Assembly: GCA_040005235.1 (NCBI GenBank)
Contig: JBDTZG010000003.1
Location: 160,001 to 224,000 of the forward strand
From: Acidobacteriota bacterium
GTDB lineage: Bacteria; Acidobacteriota; Thermoanaerobaculia; Multivoradales; UBA5704
Direction of reading: 5' to 3'
DNA: 64,000 bases
A model generated the notes under the pieces. The model was given only the letters and a program-made list of their open reading frames with translations, made no database searches and was not told the DNA's origin. Below are positions 47,916 to 59,957 of this stretch, piece after piece (the first letter of the stretch is position 1; each line of letters starts with the position of its first letter). A program made the translations under genes and the position numbers.

Positions 47916-48799
47916 AATGGGCCGCCCTGGCGCTCTCCGCCACGCTCGCCTTCGCCGAGCCGTTCTCCCTGCCGTTCGGCCTTCATCTGCCGCTCTGGGC
48001 GGAGCGAATCCTCTGGAATCCGCGCGAGCGGACCGAACGGGCGCTCGACGAGCTGAAGCCTCAAGGCGGCGCCCAGGGAGCGGGAGAAGCCGACGAGAAG
48101 AGCCGCAAGGCCGCGGCCGGCAGGGCTCTGCCCGCCGCCGAGACCGCCCTGCGACTCTCGCCCGACGACCCGACGGTTCAATACGACGCCGGCACCGTGC
48201 AACTGCTCGCCGGCAAGAACCGCGATGCCGTAAAAACGCTCGACCGCGCGGCGCACGCGGCTCCCGCAACGCTTGCCGCCGACGCGCAGTTCAACCTCGG
48301 CACGGGCAAGCTCGCGGCGGGCGATGCGGCGGGCGCGGTGGAAGCGCTCGAACAGGCGCTGCGCCTCGACCCCCATCACGCGGCGGCCAAGCACAACCTG
48401 GAGCTGGCCCTGATCGAGCGCGAGAAGGAGCATCTGCGCACCAAGAAGCCGAAAGACGGCTCGAAGGGCGACCGGGCCGGCGATCATGAAACCGGCCCCA
48501 AGAACGGCGGCGACGAACCGCCTACGGGCAAGCCGAATCAGAAGCCGCAGACGGAAGGGCAGCCGCCCAAGCCGCAACCCGGCCAGGACGGCCGGCCGCA
48601 GCCGGGCCAACGCCCCCAGACGCCCGGGGCCGGCGACGACCTGCTCGACCGATTCCGCGAGCAGCCCGACATGAACGCCCGGGAGGCCGCGGCGATCCTC
48701 CGCTCGGTCGAGCGGCTGGAGCGCGAGCAGCGCCGGGCGGAAGCCCAGAAGCGCGCCCGCGCCGCCGCGGCACAGGACGTCGATTGGCAGGATTGGTGA
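47912..48799 (+). CDS. BatC-like TPR protein
   Basis: TPRs (AQFNLG, AKHNLELA), Q/P-rich linker, terminal DW motif. Confidence 0.8.
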   Translation: MKWAALALSATLAFAEPFSLPFGLHLPLWAERILWNPRERTERALDELKPQGGAQGAGEADEKSRKAAAGRALPAAETALRLSPDDPTVQYDAGTVQLLAGKNRDAVKTLDRAAHAAPATLAADAQFNLGTGKLAAGDAAGAVEALEQALRLDPHHAAAKHNLELALIEREKEHLRTKKPKDGSKGDRAGDHETGPKNGGDEPPTGKPNQKPQTEGQPPKPQPGQDGRPQPGQRPQTPGAGDDLLDRFREQPDMNAREAAAILRSVERLEREQRRAEAQKRARAAAAQDVDWQDW

Positions 48800-48807
48800 C
48801 CGCCGCC

Positions 48808-50829
48808 ATGAAACGTTCCCGTCGCACCTCAGGACACTTGGCACTCGCCCTCTTCGCCCTGGCCCCCGGGTTGTTCCTACCGGTCGCGGCGCGGGCGGCG
48901 GCGCAGGTGACCCTTCAGGTCCGCCTGCAACCCGAACGGATCGGCGTGGGCGAGACCGCGACGCTCATCTTCGAAGCGCGCACCGGGCTCTCCCGGCTCG
49001 ACCTGCGGCCGAGCTTCGCGCTGGAGAACCTGGAGATCCTCTCGGGGCCCTCGCAGGCCGACGAGATGAGGGTCGAAAACGGTCTGTTCAGCCGGACGAT
49101 CCGCCTCAGTTGGAAGGTCCGGCCGCTGGGCGTCGGTCCCGCCCGGGCCCATTCGATCCACGTCGAGCTGGGCGGCCGGGTGGTCGCGATGCCGACCCAG
49201 TCGATCCAGGTGCAGCAGGAACCGACCGGCCAGAACCAGGCCGAGGACGAAGCGCCGTTCGGCGCGGAAGATCCGTTCGAGCGGCTGTTCGGCCCGATGC
49301 CTTGGCAGCGCCCGGCTGCGCCCCGGTCGCCCGGTCCGAACGAGCCGCCGTTGGCGTTCGTTCGCGCCGAGGTGTCCAACGACCATCCGTTCGTCAACCA
49401 GCAGGTGCTCTACACGATCTACCTCTACTCGCGGATCGAGGTCTCTGCCGTCAATCCGCTTTCGACCCCCGAGCTGCGCGGCTTCTGGGCGCGCGAGATC
49501 CCGTTGCCCGAGCGGTTGCCGACCGAGATCGTGTCGCTCGGCGACGTCCGCTACGGCCGGGTCCCGCTCCTGCGCCGGGTCCTGTTTCCGCTCCGGGCAG
49601 GTCTCCACGTCTTCGAGCCGGTGCGCTTCCAGATCGCCACGATGCAGGTGCCGCAAGGGCTTCCCCAGAGCTTCTTTTCGCCCTCCTTCGCGCGGCCGAT
49701 GGCGTCCGATCTGTCGACTGCGCCGCTCTCGCTCGATGTCCGGCCGCTGCCCGAAGGGCCGGCCGGCTACCAGGGGGCGGTCGGACCGCTGGCCCTCTCG
49801 GCCACGCTCGAACCGCACGTCCTGCGCGTCGGCGAAGCCGCAACCTTGCAGGTCCGCCTCGCGGGAAGCGGCAATCTCCAGGGGCTGCCGGCCCCCCACC
49901 TCGCTTTGCCCGCGGGGCTGCACTCCCTGCCGCCGCATGAAGGGGGGACGGATCGCTCGAACGGCACGAGCCTCCGCACCTGGACCTACGTGGTGATTCC
50001 AGATCGCGCCGGCACCTTCCACGTGGACCCGCCCGCGGTGCCCTATTTCGATCCGACCGAGGCGGCATTTGAGCGCGCGGAAAGCCCGCCGCTGGCGCTC
50101 GAAGCGCATGCTCCGGCGCCGGTCGTCGCCGCGGCCGGGGCTCCCCGCCCAGGCAGGCCGGCGCGCCCCTCCGCGGCCGGAACCGGCGGCAACGCTCAGG
50201 GCCGGCGCTCGGCGATCGACTCGGCCAAGAGTGCGCTCGCCGACCCGGGCGCCCTCCCCTGGGTGATCGGCGGGACCGGCCTGCTCGCCCTGATCTCCGG
50301 CCTCGCCTGGTCCAAGCGCTCCGGGCCGCGGAGCGACGAAACCCTGCGCCGCTTCCGGGCCGAGGTCGCCGCAGCTCTCACCGAGGAGCGTCCCCGCCGC
50401 ACCGCGGCGCTGCTCGAATCGGCTTGGGGGCACCTGTTGGCCGCCCGCTGGCAGCTCGACGGCCCCCTCCCCGGCTCCGGTTGGCAGAGCGCCGCGCACC
50501 AGCGAGGCCTGGCTCCGGCGCTCAAGGTAGAGCTCGGCCGGATCGCCGAAGACCTCCACTTCCTGCACACCGCGCCCCAGCTTTCGAGCGCCGAAGCGTT
50601 GCGCGACGAGATCGTCGAACGCTCCCTGCGCCTGGCCGGCGACCTGTCGCGCCCGCGAGGTCATCTGCTATCTTCTGTGCTCAAACAACCGGGTTTCCGA
50701 GTCGATCGAGGGACGACCTCCCGACCATGGCTACGATCATCAGAGCTTTCGATCCCTTCCGGATCTTCCGGCGGTGCACCGCGTGACGCCTCGGCGGGAG
50801 GCGAGCCTGCGCGGCGCGGTCTGCCATAG
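48808..50829 (+). CDS. BatD-like protein
   Basis: Signal peptide, GAVG, GSGNL, YFDP motifs, one TM; last gene of the Bat operon. Confidence 0.78.
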   Translation: MKRSRRTSGHLALALFALAPGLFLPVAARAAAQVTLQVRLQPERIGVGETATLIFEARTGLSRLDLRPSFALENLEILSGPSQADEMRVENGLFSRTIRLSWKVRPLGVGPARAHSIHVELGGRVVAMPTQSIQVQQEPTGQNQAEDEAPFGAEDPFERLFGPMPWQRPAAPRSPGPNEPPLAFVRAEVSNDHPFVNQQVLYTIYLYSRIEVSAVNPLSTPELRGFWAREIPLPERLPTEIVSLGDVRYGRVPLLRRVLFPLRAGLHVFEPVRFQIATMQVPQGLPQSFFSPSFARPMASDLSTAPLSLDVRPLPEGPAGYQGAVGPLALSATLEPHVLRVGEAATLQVRLAGSGNLQGLPAPHLALPAGLHSLPPHEGGTDRSNGTSLRTWTYVVIPDRAGTFHVDPPAVPYFDPTEAAFERAESPPLALEAHAPAPVVAAAGAPRPGRPARPSAAGTGGNAQGRRSAIDSAKSALADPGALPWVIGGTGLLALISGLAWSKRSGPRSDETLRRFRAEVAAALTEERPRRTAALLESAWGHLLAARWQLDGPLPGSGWQSAAHQRGLAPALKVELGRIAEDLHFLHTAPQLSSAEALRDEIVERSLRLAGDLSRPRGHLLSSVLKQPGFRVDRGTTSRPWLRSSELSIPSGSSGGAPRDASAGGEPARRGLP

Positions 50830-51952
50830 TCTCGAACCGTACAAGCTCGAACGTTTCCTCGAACGCCGGCGCGCCGGCCGGCAGTTTCCGCTGGAGTTGT
50901 CGCTGGTCGAAAACCTGGCGGAGATCCTGCGCCGGGCCAACGGCTTCGTCCCCTCCGAATCCGGCTCGATCCTGCTCGACGACCCGTCGGCCAAGCAGAC
51001 CGACCGGGAGAGCAACAAGCTGACCTTCATCGTCGCGTTCGGCGAGAAGTCCGAGCTGCTGGTCGGCCGGGCGATCCCCGCCGCTTCGAGCATCGCCGGC
51101 CACGTCTACCTTTCGGGCGAGGTCTACACGACCGCCGAGGCCTCAAACGATCCGTTCTTCTTTCGCGACGTCGACGCCCACACGAAATACCAGACCCAGT
51201 CGCTGATCGCGGTGCCGATCCGCATCGAGCACGAGGTCTGCGGCGTGCTCGAATTGATCAACCGCAAGAACCGCTCGGTCTTTTCCGACCAGGACAAGAA
51301 CCTCCTGGAGGTCTTCGCCGGCTACATCTCGATCTCGATCCAGAACGTGCTCGACGGCCGCCAGGCCCAAGAGATCGCCAAGCGCGACAACCTGACCGGC
51401 CTCTACAACGACCGCTACCTCCACGTCGCGATCGCCGACCAGGTCCGGCTCTGCCAGGAATCGGGCGACGACCTGGCGACCCTCTTCTTGGATCTCGATT
51501 TCTTCAAGCGGGTGAACGATTCTCACGGCCATCTCGCCGGCAGCCAGGTGCTGCGCGAAGTCGGCCGCATCCTCCGCCGCCGCACCGCCGCGGTGGGCGG
51601 CGTCGCGGCCCGCTACGGCGGCGACGAGTTCGTGCTGATCCTCCCCGGCCAGGACCTCGCCGCCGCGATCGACGTCGCGGAAGAAGTCCGCGCCGAGATC
51701 CTCGCCACCACCTTTTGCGATCAGCCCGGCGAGATCCAGCAGGAGGCTCTCCACCTGCGCGGCCTCACCTGCTCCGTGGGGGTGGCGACGATCCGCGCCC
51801 ACGTCCCCGAAGAGCTGTCGTTCGAAGACGCCAAGAGCACCTTGCTGCGCTTGGCCGACACCGCCATGTACGTGGCCAAAGAAACCGGCCGCAACCGCAC
51901 CGCGGTGGCCGGCCAGCCGATCCGGCGACGGCCGTTGCAGACGGTTGCGTAG
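50774..51952 (+). CDS. GAF-GGDEF diguanylate cyclase
   Basis: GAF domain (SLIAVPI..GVLELIN), DNLTGLYN, DLDFFKRVND, RYGGDEF, AKETGRNR; start uncertain. Confidence 0.92.
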   Translation: MHRVTPRREASLRGAVCHSLEPYKLERFLERRRAGRQFPLELSLVENLAEILRRANGFVPSESGSILLDDPSAKQTDRESNKLTFIVAFGEKSELLVGRAIPAASSIAGHVYLSGEVYTTAEASNDPFFFRDVDAHTKYQTQSLIAVPIRIEHEVCGVLELINRKNRSVFSDQDKNLLEVFAGYISISIQNVLDGRQAQEIAKRDNLTGLYNDRYLHVAIADQVRLCQESGDDLATLFLDLDFFKRVNDSHGHLAGSQVLREVGRILRRRTAAVGGVAARYGGDEFVLILPGQDLAAAIDVAEEVRAEILATTFCDQPGEIQQEALHLRGLTCSVGVATIRAHVPEELSFEDAKSTLLRLADTAMYVAKETGRNRTAVAGQPIRRRPLQTVA

Positions 51953-51970
51953 GCGGCATCGCGATCACGT

Positions 51971-51999
51971 TTGACTTCCCCCGAGCCCTCACGTACGAT
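51971..51999 (+). promoter_or_regulatory. Sigma70-type promoter of the tRNA-Val/Asp-rpmG cluster
   Basis: TTGACT-17 bp-TACGAT ending 16 bp upstream of tRNA-Val. Confidence 0.75.
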
Positions 52000-52015
52000 C
52001 CCGCCCCTCGAAGGA

Positions 52016-52091
52016 GGGAGGTTAGCTCAGGGGTTAGAGCACCTGCCTTACAAGCAGGGGGTCGCGGGTTCAAATCCCTCACCTCCCACCA
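52016..52091 (+). tRNA. tRNA-Val(TAC)
   Basis: GGGAGGT acceptor, anticodon arm CCTGC-CTTACAA-GCAGG, CCA end. Confidence 0.95.
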
Positions 52092-52128
52092 CGGAGCGAA
52101 TACCTCTCTTTCGATTTCCAGACCATGC

Positions 52129-52205
<77 letters not shown>

Positions 52206-52280
52206 ATCGATCCAAAATCTTTCGGGCCGCCTCCCCGCAGCGGCTCGGACGAGACAGCACTTCCGGAGGTTGCACGACCG

Positions 52281-52436
52281 ATGCGCGACAAGATCAAGTT
52301 GGTTTCTTCCGCCGGTACCGGCGTCTTCTACACGACGACCAAGAACAAGAAGCTCTCGACCGAGAAACTGCGGCTCAAGAAGTACGATCCGAAGATCCGC
52401 AAGCACGTCGAGTTCGTCGAAGAGAAGATGCGCTAG
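52281..52436 (+). CDS. rpmG: 50S ribosomal protein L33 (Cys-free form)
   Basis: Not in the ORF track (<60 aa): [24 protein letters not shown]...[19 protein letters not shown]; GGAGG RBS. Confidence 0.95.
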   Translation: MRDKIKLVSSAGTGVFYTTTKNKKLSTEKLRLKKYDPKIRKHVEFVEEKMR

Positions 52437-52555
52437 CCTGGCGTATCGGCACCCCCGGATCTACCGCGCCCCGGCCCGCCCTTGGAATTCTCCTCGGGCG
52501 CCGGGGCGTTTCTGTATTCTGACCCCTCTCGAAACTCCTGAAAGGAGACCCCCTC

Positions 52556-53164
52556 ATGCATACGCTGCCTAGTCTTCCCTACGCCTTCGACGCGTTGGAG
52601 CCTCATATCGACGCGAAAACGATGGAAATCCACCACGATAAGCACCATGCCACCTACGTGGCGAAGCTGAACGCCGCCCTGGAGGGTCATGCGGACTTGG
52701 CGGCCAAACCGCTCGAAGATCTCCTACGCGGCATCGATTCTCTGCCCGAGAGCCTCCGCGGACCGGTCAAGAACCATGGCGGCGGCCACGCCAACCACAC
52801 GCTGTTCTGGGAAATCATGGGACCGCACGCGGGGGGCGCCCCCTCGGGCAAGCTCGCCGAGGCGATCGACCGCGATTTCGGCAGCTTCGCCGCTTTCCAG
52901 GAGAAGCTGACCAACGCCGCCGCCAACCAGTTCGGCTCCGGCTGGGGCTGGCTGGTCGCCTCCGGCGGCAAACTGGAAGTGGTCGCCCGGCCGAACCAGG
53001 ACAGCCCGTTGATGGAAGGCAAGACTCCCCTGCTCGGCGTCGACGTCTGGGAGCACGCCTACTACCTCCAGTACCAGAACCGGCGCCCAGACTACCTCTC
53101 CGCTTGGTGGAACGTCATCAACTGGGCGGCGGTCGGCGGTAAATTCGACCACGCCCACGCCTAA
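52556..53164 (+). CDS. sodA: Superoxide dismutase (Mn-type signature)
   Basis: [27 protein letters not shown]. Confidence 0.94.
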   Translation: MHTLPSLPYAFDALEPHIDAKTMEIHHDKHHATYVAKLNAALEGHADLAAKPLEDLLRGIDSLPESLRGPVKNHGGGHANHTLFWEIMGPHAGGAPSGKLAEAIDRDFGSFAAFQEKLTNAAANQFGSGWGWLVASGGKLEVVARPNQDSPLMEGKTPLLGVDVWEHAYYLQYQNRRPDYLSAWWNVINWAAVGGKFDHAHA

Positions 53165-53176
53165 CCTCCATCTTGG

Positions 53177-53204
53177 GGGGCTCCGAGGGACATTTCGGAG
53201 CCCC
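53177..53204 (+). terminator. Hairpin downstream of sodA
   Basis: 10-bp stem GGGGCTCCGA/TCGGAGCCCC; no U-tract. Confidence 0.45.
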
Positions 53205-53407
53205 ACCCCTCTGCCGCAATTCCAGCCGCGCGAAGACTGAACTTCTAGTTATAGAGAAGTTTGCACCTTTATGCCCAAAAAGAGAGCAGATACCTAGCTC
53301 TAGATGCGCGCAAATCCAAGTCGCCGCCAATCCTTCCTATCTACACTTCTGGCAACAACGGGACGCATGGGTCGGTCGTGACCCTGCACCAACAAGGAGG
53401 CTGTGCG

Positions 53408-53731
53408 ATGGCGATCATTGACCGCAGCGTAAGTTTCGGGCGTGAAGAGCGACATCTCACCAAAGTGTTCAAGGCTCTCTCCGACGGCACCCGTCAAGAG
53501 ATCCTCCGCCTTCTGGAGACCAACCAGAGGACGGTCGGCGAGATCGTCGGTAATTTCAACCTCTCCCAGCCCACGATCTCGCGGCATCTTTCGGTGCTCA
53601 AGGAAGCGGATCTCGTTTTAGATCAGCGTCACGGACAAAACGTTATTTACCGTCTGAACGACCAGATGCTCTCCACCTCGATGCGCGATTTCTTCGGCCA
53701 GTTCCGCAGCTGTCAAGAGTCGTTGCGCTAG
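53408..53731 (+). CDS. ArsR/SmtB-family transcriptional regulator
   Basis: FKALSDGTRQEIL, SQPTISRHLSVLKEADLV; GGAGG RBS before ATG 53408. Confidence 0.92.
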   Translation: MAIIDRSVSFGREERHLTKVFKALSDGTRQEILRLLETNQRTVGEIVGNFNLSQPTISRHLSVLKEADLVLDQRHGQNVIYRLNDQMLSTSMRDFFGQFRSCQESLR

Positions 53732-53870
53732 AGTCTTTCAGTTGGAGATCAGCCCCCGGGCCGGCAGAGCGTACCCGCCCGCTCGGGGGGCGGCGTTTTG
53801 AGCTCCATCCTGGCGCCCTCGACGCCATCTCGGTATAATCTTCCCTCCAGGGGTATCCCCCTCGTTTTTC

Positions 53871-53947
53871 GGCGGTGTAGCTCAGTTGGTCAGAGCAAGC
53901 GGCTCATATCCGCTGTGTCGGGGGTTCAAGTCCCTTCACCGCCACCA
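53871..53947 (+). tRNA. tRNA with CAT anticodon (likely elongator Met)
   Basis: GGCGGTG acceptor, anticodon loop CTCATAT, CCA end; TATAAT at 53834-53839. Confidence 0.92.
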
Positions 53948-53961
53948 TCCTGTCCCAACGG

Positions 53962-55496
53962 ATGAACCTACTCGCGACCCTCCGGGATTTTTTCGCCCGC
54001 CCGGAGCTTTCCACGCCCTCTCCCCTGCTGGTCGCCTTTTCCGGCGGCGTCGATTCGACCGCGCTGCTGGCCGGCTTGGCCGCCCTCAGAGACCAGGGCT
54101 CGGCGTCGATCACGCAGCTCTTTGCCGCCCACCTCGATCACGCGGGCCACAGGGGGGACGCCGGCTCCGCGGAGCGCGCGGGCCGCGCCCAATCCATCGC
54201 CGAACGCCTGGGCGTGCCGTTCCTGGCCGAGCGCCGCGACGTCGCCGCGCTAAGCCTTCCGAGCGAGAGCTGGGAGAGCGCGGCTCGGCGCATCCGCTAC
54301 GAGTTCCTCGAAGAGGCGCGCGCGGCCTGCGGCGCAGGCCGGATCGCCCTCGCCCATCATCGCGACGATCAGGCGGAGACCGTGCTGCTGCGCCTGCTGC
54401 TCGGCTCTGGGCTTTTCGGTTTGGCCGCGATGCGCCCGGTCCATGGCGCCAAAGTCCGCCCGCTGCTGGGGCTGCCCAAGACGGAGCTGGCCGCCTATGT
54501 TCGATCCCTTAGAATCGCGCCGACCGAAGACCCCTCGAATCGCGAGCTCGCTGCACTGCGCAATCGCATTCGCCACCGGCTGCTCCCCGCGCTCTGCGAA
54601 TTCGAGCGCCTGCCCGATCTTCCGGTCCGGCTCTCCCGGCTCGCCGAACGGGCGGCCGGAGCCTCCGACCGGATCTCCTCTCTGCTGGCGGAACGCTTTC
54701 CCGGACTCCAAACCGAGACGCCGTTTCTCGATCGCGAAGCTCTCCGCGGCCTGCCTCCCGAGCTGCTTCCCTTCGCCCTCGGGGCCCTCCACCGGGCTTC
54801 CGGACTGCCGCTGCCGCCGAGCCGCAATGCCATCGCGGAAGTCGCCCGGCAACTCGCCGATTCGAGGGGAGAACAGCGGGCGGGAGCGGCCCTCGGCCGC
54901 CGTAGGCGCTGGCGGATCGGCATCGATCGGCTATGGATCGAGACCCTTCTCCCGGCCGAATCGGCCGATCCGTCCGAAATCTCAGGTTTCACGTATACTT
55001 TTTTGGCTCCGGGACGTATAGAAGTACCGGAGGCGGGCGTGGCGGTGACCCTGCGCCGAGGCGAGCTCGCGGCCTGGATGTTGCTTGGAGAAACGGAGCG
55101 TGCCGGTTTGGTGCTTCCGCTCGCCGCCGACCCGATGGTCGAAATTCGCAGTCGAAGACCGGGCGACCGACTCCGCCCTCTGGGCGCACCGGGGACCCGC
55201 AAATTGAAAGAGCTCTTGATCGATCGTCACATCGACCCTACCCGCCGCGATTCCCTGCCGCTTCTTTGCGTCGGGGGCTCGATCGCCTGGGTGCCGGGTG
55301 TCGCGATCGACGACCGATTTCGCGTGCGCGGCTCAGAAGAAGCGGTTTGGATCGCCGAGATCGAACCGTTGTCCCGCCCTTTTGAATCGACGCTCTCGAC
55401 CGGCAAGCCCCGCGCCACCGGGAATCCCCAGGCGCAGGGCGCCGTTACTCCGATGGAACGCGAGCCCTTTGCGCTCGCCCATGAGGTAGCCGAACT

Positions 55497-55500
<4 letters not shown>
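53962..55500 (+). CDS. tilS: tRNA(Ile)-lysidine synthetase
   Basis: SGGVDS PP-loop, [34 protein letters not shown]-terminal TilS_C domain. Confidence 0.94.
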
Positions 55501-57440
<1,940 letters not shown>

Positions 57441-57474
57441 TGGCGTCGACTTTCCTTTTCGATGGAGAATCTCT

Positions 57475-57500
57475 ACGGCGGAGCCTCCGGGCTCCGCCGT
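57475..57500. other. Intergenic stem-loop between ftsH and folP
   Basis: 11-bp stem ACGGCGGAGCC/GGCTCCGCCGT. Confidence 0.55.
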
Positions 57501-57547
57501 CGTCGCGCCAAGCGGTAGACTGAAGCTCTAACGTTGCTCGTCCACTC

Positions 57548-58489
57548 ATGACGATCGCCCCTCCCGAAGCTCCTCCCCGCCCCTCTTCCCTGCGACTTCC
57601 GCGCGGACGCCGGCTCGATCTGTCGGGCCGGCCGAAGGTGATGGGGATCGTCAATCTCACCCCCGATTCGTTCAGCGACGGCGGCATCCACTTCGACGCC
57701 CAAGATCCGCATCGAGCGGTGGCGGCCGCCCTGGCGCTGCTCGACCAAGGAGCCGACCTGCTGGACCTCGGCGCGGAGTCGACCCGGCCGGGCGGCGGGG
57801 TCTACGGCGAAGGGGCGCGCGCGCTCTCGGCCGAGGAGGAGATCGACCGCCTCCTGCCGGTGCTCGAAGCGCTCCGAGCGGCGACCGACGCCCCCCTCTC
57901 GGTCGATACCCGAAAAGGTGCCGTGGCGCGCGCGGCGCTGCGAGCCGGGGCGGACCTGATCAACGACGTGTCGGCCCTTGGCGATCCCGACCTAGCGCAA
58001 GCGCTCGCCGAGCCCGCCGCCGCCGGCTGCCCGGTGGTCCTGATGCACAGCCGGGGCGATCTTTCGACCATGCAGATCGGCATTCGGTTCGACGACGCAG
58101 CCGCCGAAGTGACCGCGGAGCTTGGATCGGCGCTCGACCGTGCCGAAGCCGCGGGCATTGCGCGCGAGCGGACGATCGTCGACCCCGGCATCGGCTTCGG
58201 CAAAGGGCGGTGGCACAACCTGGAGCTGATCGGCCGGCTCGACGCACTCGCCTCCCTCGGCCGCCCGATCCTGCTCGGCGCGAGCCGCAAGAGCTTTCTC
58301 GCCCAAGCCGGCGCGCGGCCGGGAGACCGCGTTGCCGGAGCGATCGGGCCGGGCGAACGTCTCGGCGGCAGCCTAGCCGCCGCCGGTTGGGGCGCTCTGC
58401 TCGGCGCCGCGATCCTGCGCGTCCACGACGTCGCGGCGACCGTGCAGTTTCTCGACGTCTGGGCCGCGATCCGCGAGGCGCGCGCATGA
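57548..58489 (+). CDS. folP: Dihydropteroate synthase
   Basis: VMGIVNLTPDSFSDGG, GAESTRPG, INDVS, DPGIGFGK, SRKS, RVHDV. Confidence 0.96.
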   Translation: MTIAPPEAPPRPSSLRLPRGRRLDLSGRPKVMGIVNLTPDSFSDGGIHFDAQDPHRAVAAALALLDQGADLLDLGAESTRPGGGVYGEGARALSAEEEIDRLLPVLEALRAATDAPLSVDTRKGAVARAALRAGADLINDVSALGDPDLAQALAEPAAAGCPVVLMHSRGDLSTMQIGIRFDDAAAEVTAELGSALDRAEAAGIARERTIVDPGIGFGKGRWHNLELIGRLDALASLGRPILLGASRKSFLAQAGARPGDRVAGAIGPGERLGGSLAAAGWGALLGAAILRVHDVAATVQFLDVWAAIREARA

Positions 58490-59271
58490 GCTGGACCCGT
58501 TTCGTCGAGATGCTCACCTGGCGCGATCCGATCGACATCCTCGCGGTCGCGGTGGTGATCTACAACCTGCTGCTGCTGATCCGCGGAACCCGTGCGGTCC
58601 AGATGCTGCTCGGCCTGGTGTTCGTCGGCGTGGTCTATTACGCCGCCCGGCTCGCCGACCTGCCGACGCTGCAAACCCTGCTCGAAAGCCTGTTGTTGGT
58701 CCTGCCGTTCGCGATCATCGTCCTATTCCAGCAGGAGATCCGGCGCGCGCTCGCGAACTTCGGCCGCAATCCGCTCTGGGGACTCGCGCGTCAGCAGAAA
58801 GCCGCTTCAACGTTCAACGAGGTAGTGCTCGCCGCGACCACCCTCTCGTCGCGCCGGATCGGCGCGCTGATCGTGATCGAACGGCTTCAAGGCCTACGCA
58901 ACTTCATCGAGAACGGCGTCCGCCTCGATGCCGCGCTCTCCTACGGCCTGCTGATCAACATCTTCACCCCCGACACCCCTCTTCACGACGGCGCGGTGAT
59001 CGTCCAGGACGACCGGATCGCCGCCGCGGCTTGCTTTTTGCCGCTCTCGGCGAACCCCGAGCTGTCGGCGGAGTTCGGCACCCGCCACCGGGCGGCGCTC
59101 GGCCTCACCGAGGAGACCGATTCGCTCGCCGTGGTGGTGTCCGAAGAGACCGGGGTGATCTCGGTGGTGATCGACGGCGAGATCATCCGCAACCTGGACG
59201 GCAAGGGCCTGCGCAACACGCTGTTTAAATACCTGATCACCGATCTCTATCCGCAGTCGGGAGCCGCATGA
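58486..59271 (+). CDS. cdaA: Diadenylate cyclase CdaA
   Basis: 3 TMs, FQQEIRRAL, PLHDGA, GTRHRAA, VSEETG. Confidence 0.95.
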   Translation: MSWTRFVEMLTWRDPIDILAVAVVIYNLLLLIRGTRAVQMLLGLVFVGVVYYAARLADLPTLQTLLESLLLVLPFAIIVLFQQEIRRALANFGRNPLWGLARQQKAASTFNEVVLAATTLSSRRIGALIVIERLQGLRNFIENGVRLDAALSYGLLINIFTPDTPLHDGAVIVQDDRIAAAACFLPLSANPELSAEFGTRHRAALGLTEETDSLAVVVSEETGVISVVIDGEIIRNLDGKGLRNTLFKYLITDLYPQSGAA

Positions 59272-59957
59272 GCGATCGACGCCGAATCTGGGGCCTGCGC
59301 GTGCTCGCGCTGGCGATCGCGATCGGTATCTGGAGCCGCGTCTCGCTCGAAGAGCGGGAGGAGACGACCGAAAAGCTGGTGGAGGCGGGCGTCTCCTACA
59401 ACCTGCCGCGCGGCTATCTGGTGCTCAACCAGGTGCAGAACGTCCTGGTTCGTCTACGCGGCAACCGCAAGGCGATCCGCGGGCTGAATCCCTACATGGT
59501 GGACGTGCAGATCGAGCTCGCCCCCAAGGGTCCCGAGACCGTGACCGTCCAGCTGGGCGCCGACAATCTTTTGATGCCCGAGGACTTGGAGCTGGTGGCG
59601 ATCGAGCCGAACGCGATCCAGGTCGAGCTCGACCGCGAAGTGACCCAGCGGGTGTTGGTCGAGCCGCGCCTCAAGGGGAAGCCCATCGAAGGGACGAAGC
59701 TCGGCGAGGCGGAGGTGTTCCCCAACCAGGTGCTGGTCTCGGGACCCGAGAAACGGCTCTCCCGCCTTCTCTCGCTGCCCGCGCAGCCGATCTCACTCGA
59801 AGGGCATGGGGAGACGTTCGAGGAGGAGGTGAGCGTCGTCTCGCCCGATCCGCTGATCCAGGTCGTGCAACCCTCGAAAGTAACGGTCAAAGTGCCGATC
59901 CTCACCCCCGAGCCCAAGCCCGAAATCCCCCGAAAGGCGAAGAAGAAAAGACGATGA
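59268..59957 (+). CDS. cdaR: CdaR/YbbR-like regulator
   Basis: N-terminal TM, YbbR-like beta domains, position between cdaA and glmM. Confidence 0.8.
   Translation: MSDRRRIWGLRVLALAIAIGIWSRVSLEEREETTEKLVEAGVSYNLPRGYLVLNQVQNVLVRLRGNRKAIRGLNPYMVDVQIELAPKGPETVTVQLGADNLLMPEDLELVAIEPNAIQVELDREVTQRVLVEPRLKGKPIEGTKLGEAEVFPNQVLVSGPEKRLSRLLSLPAQPISLEGHGETFEEEVSVVSPDPLIQVVQPSKVTVKVPILTPEPKPEIPRKAKKKRR

Noticed and set aside
50660-50829. BatD C-terminal tail overlapping the GGDEF ORF as a frameshift or fusion
   Set aside because: More simply explained by an uncertain GGDEF start or a drifted stop; no slippery site seen
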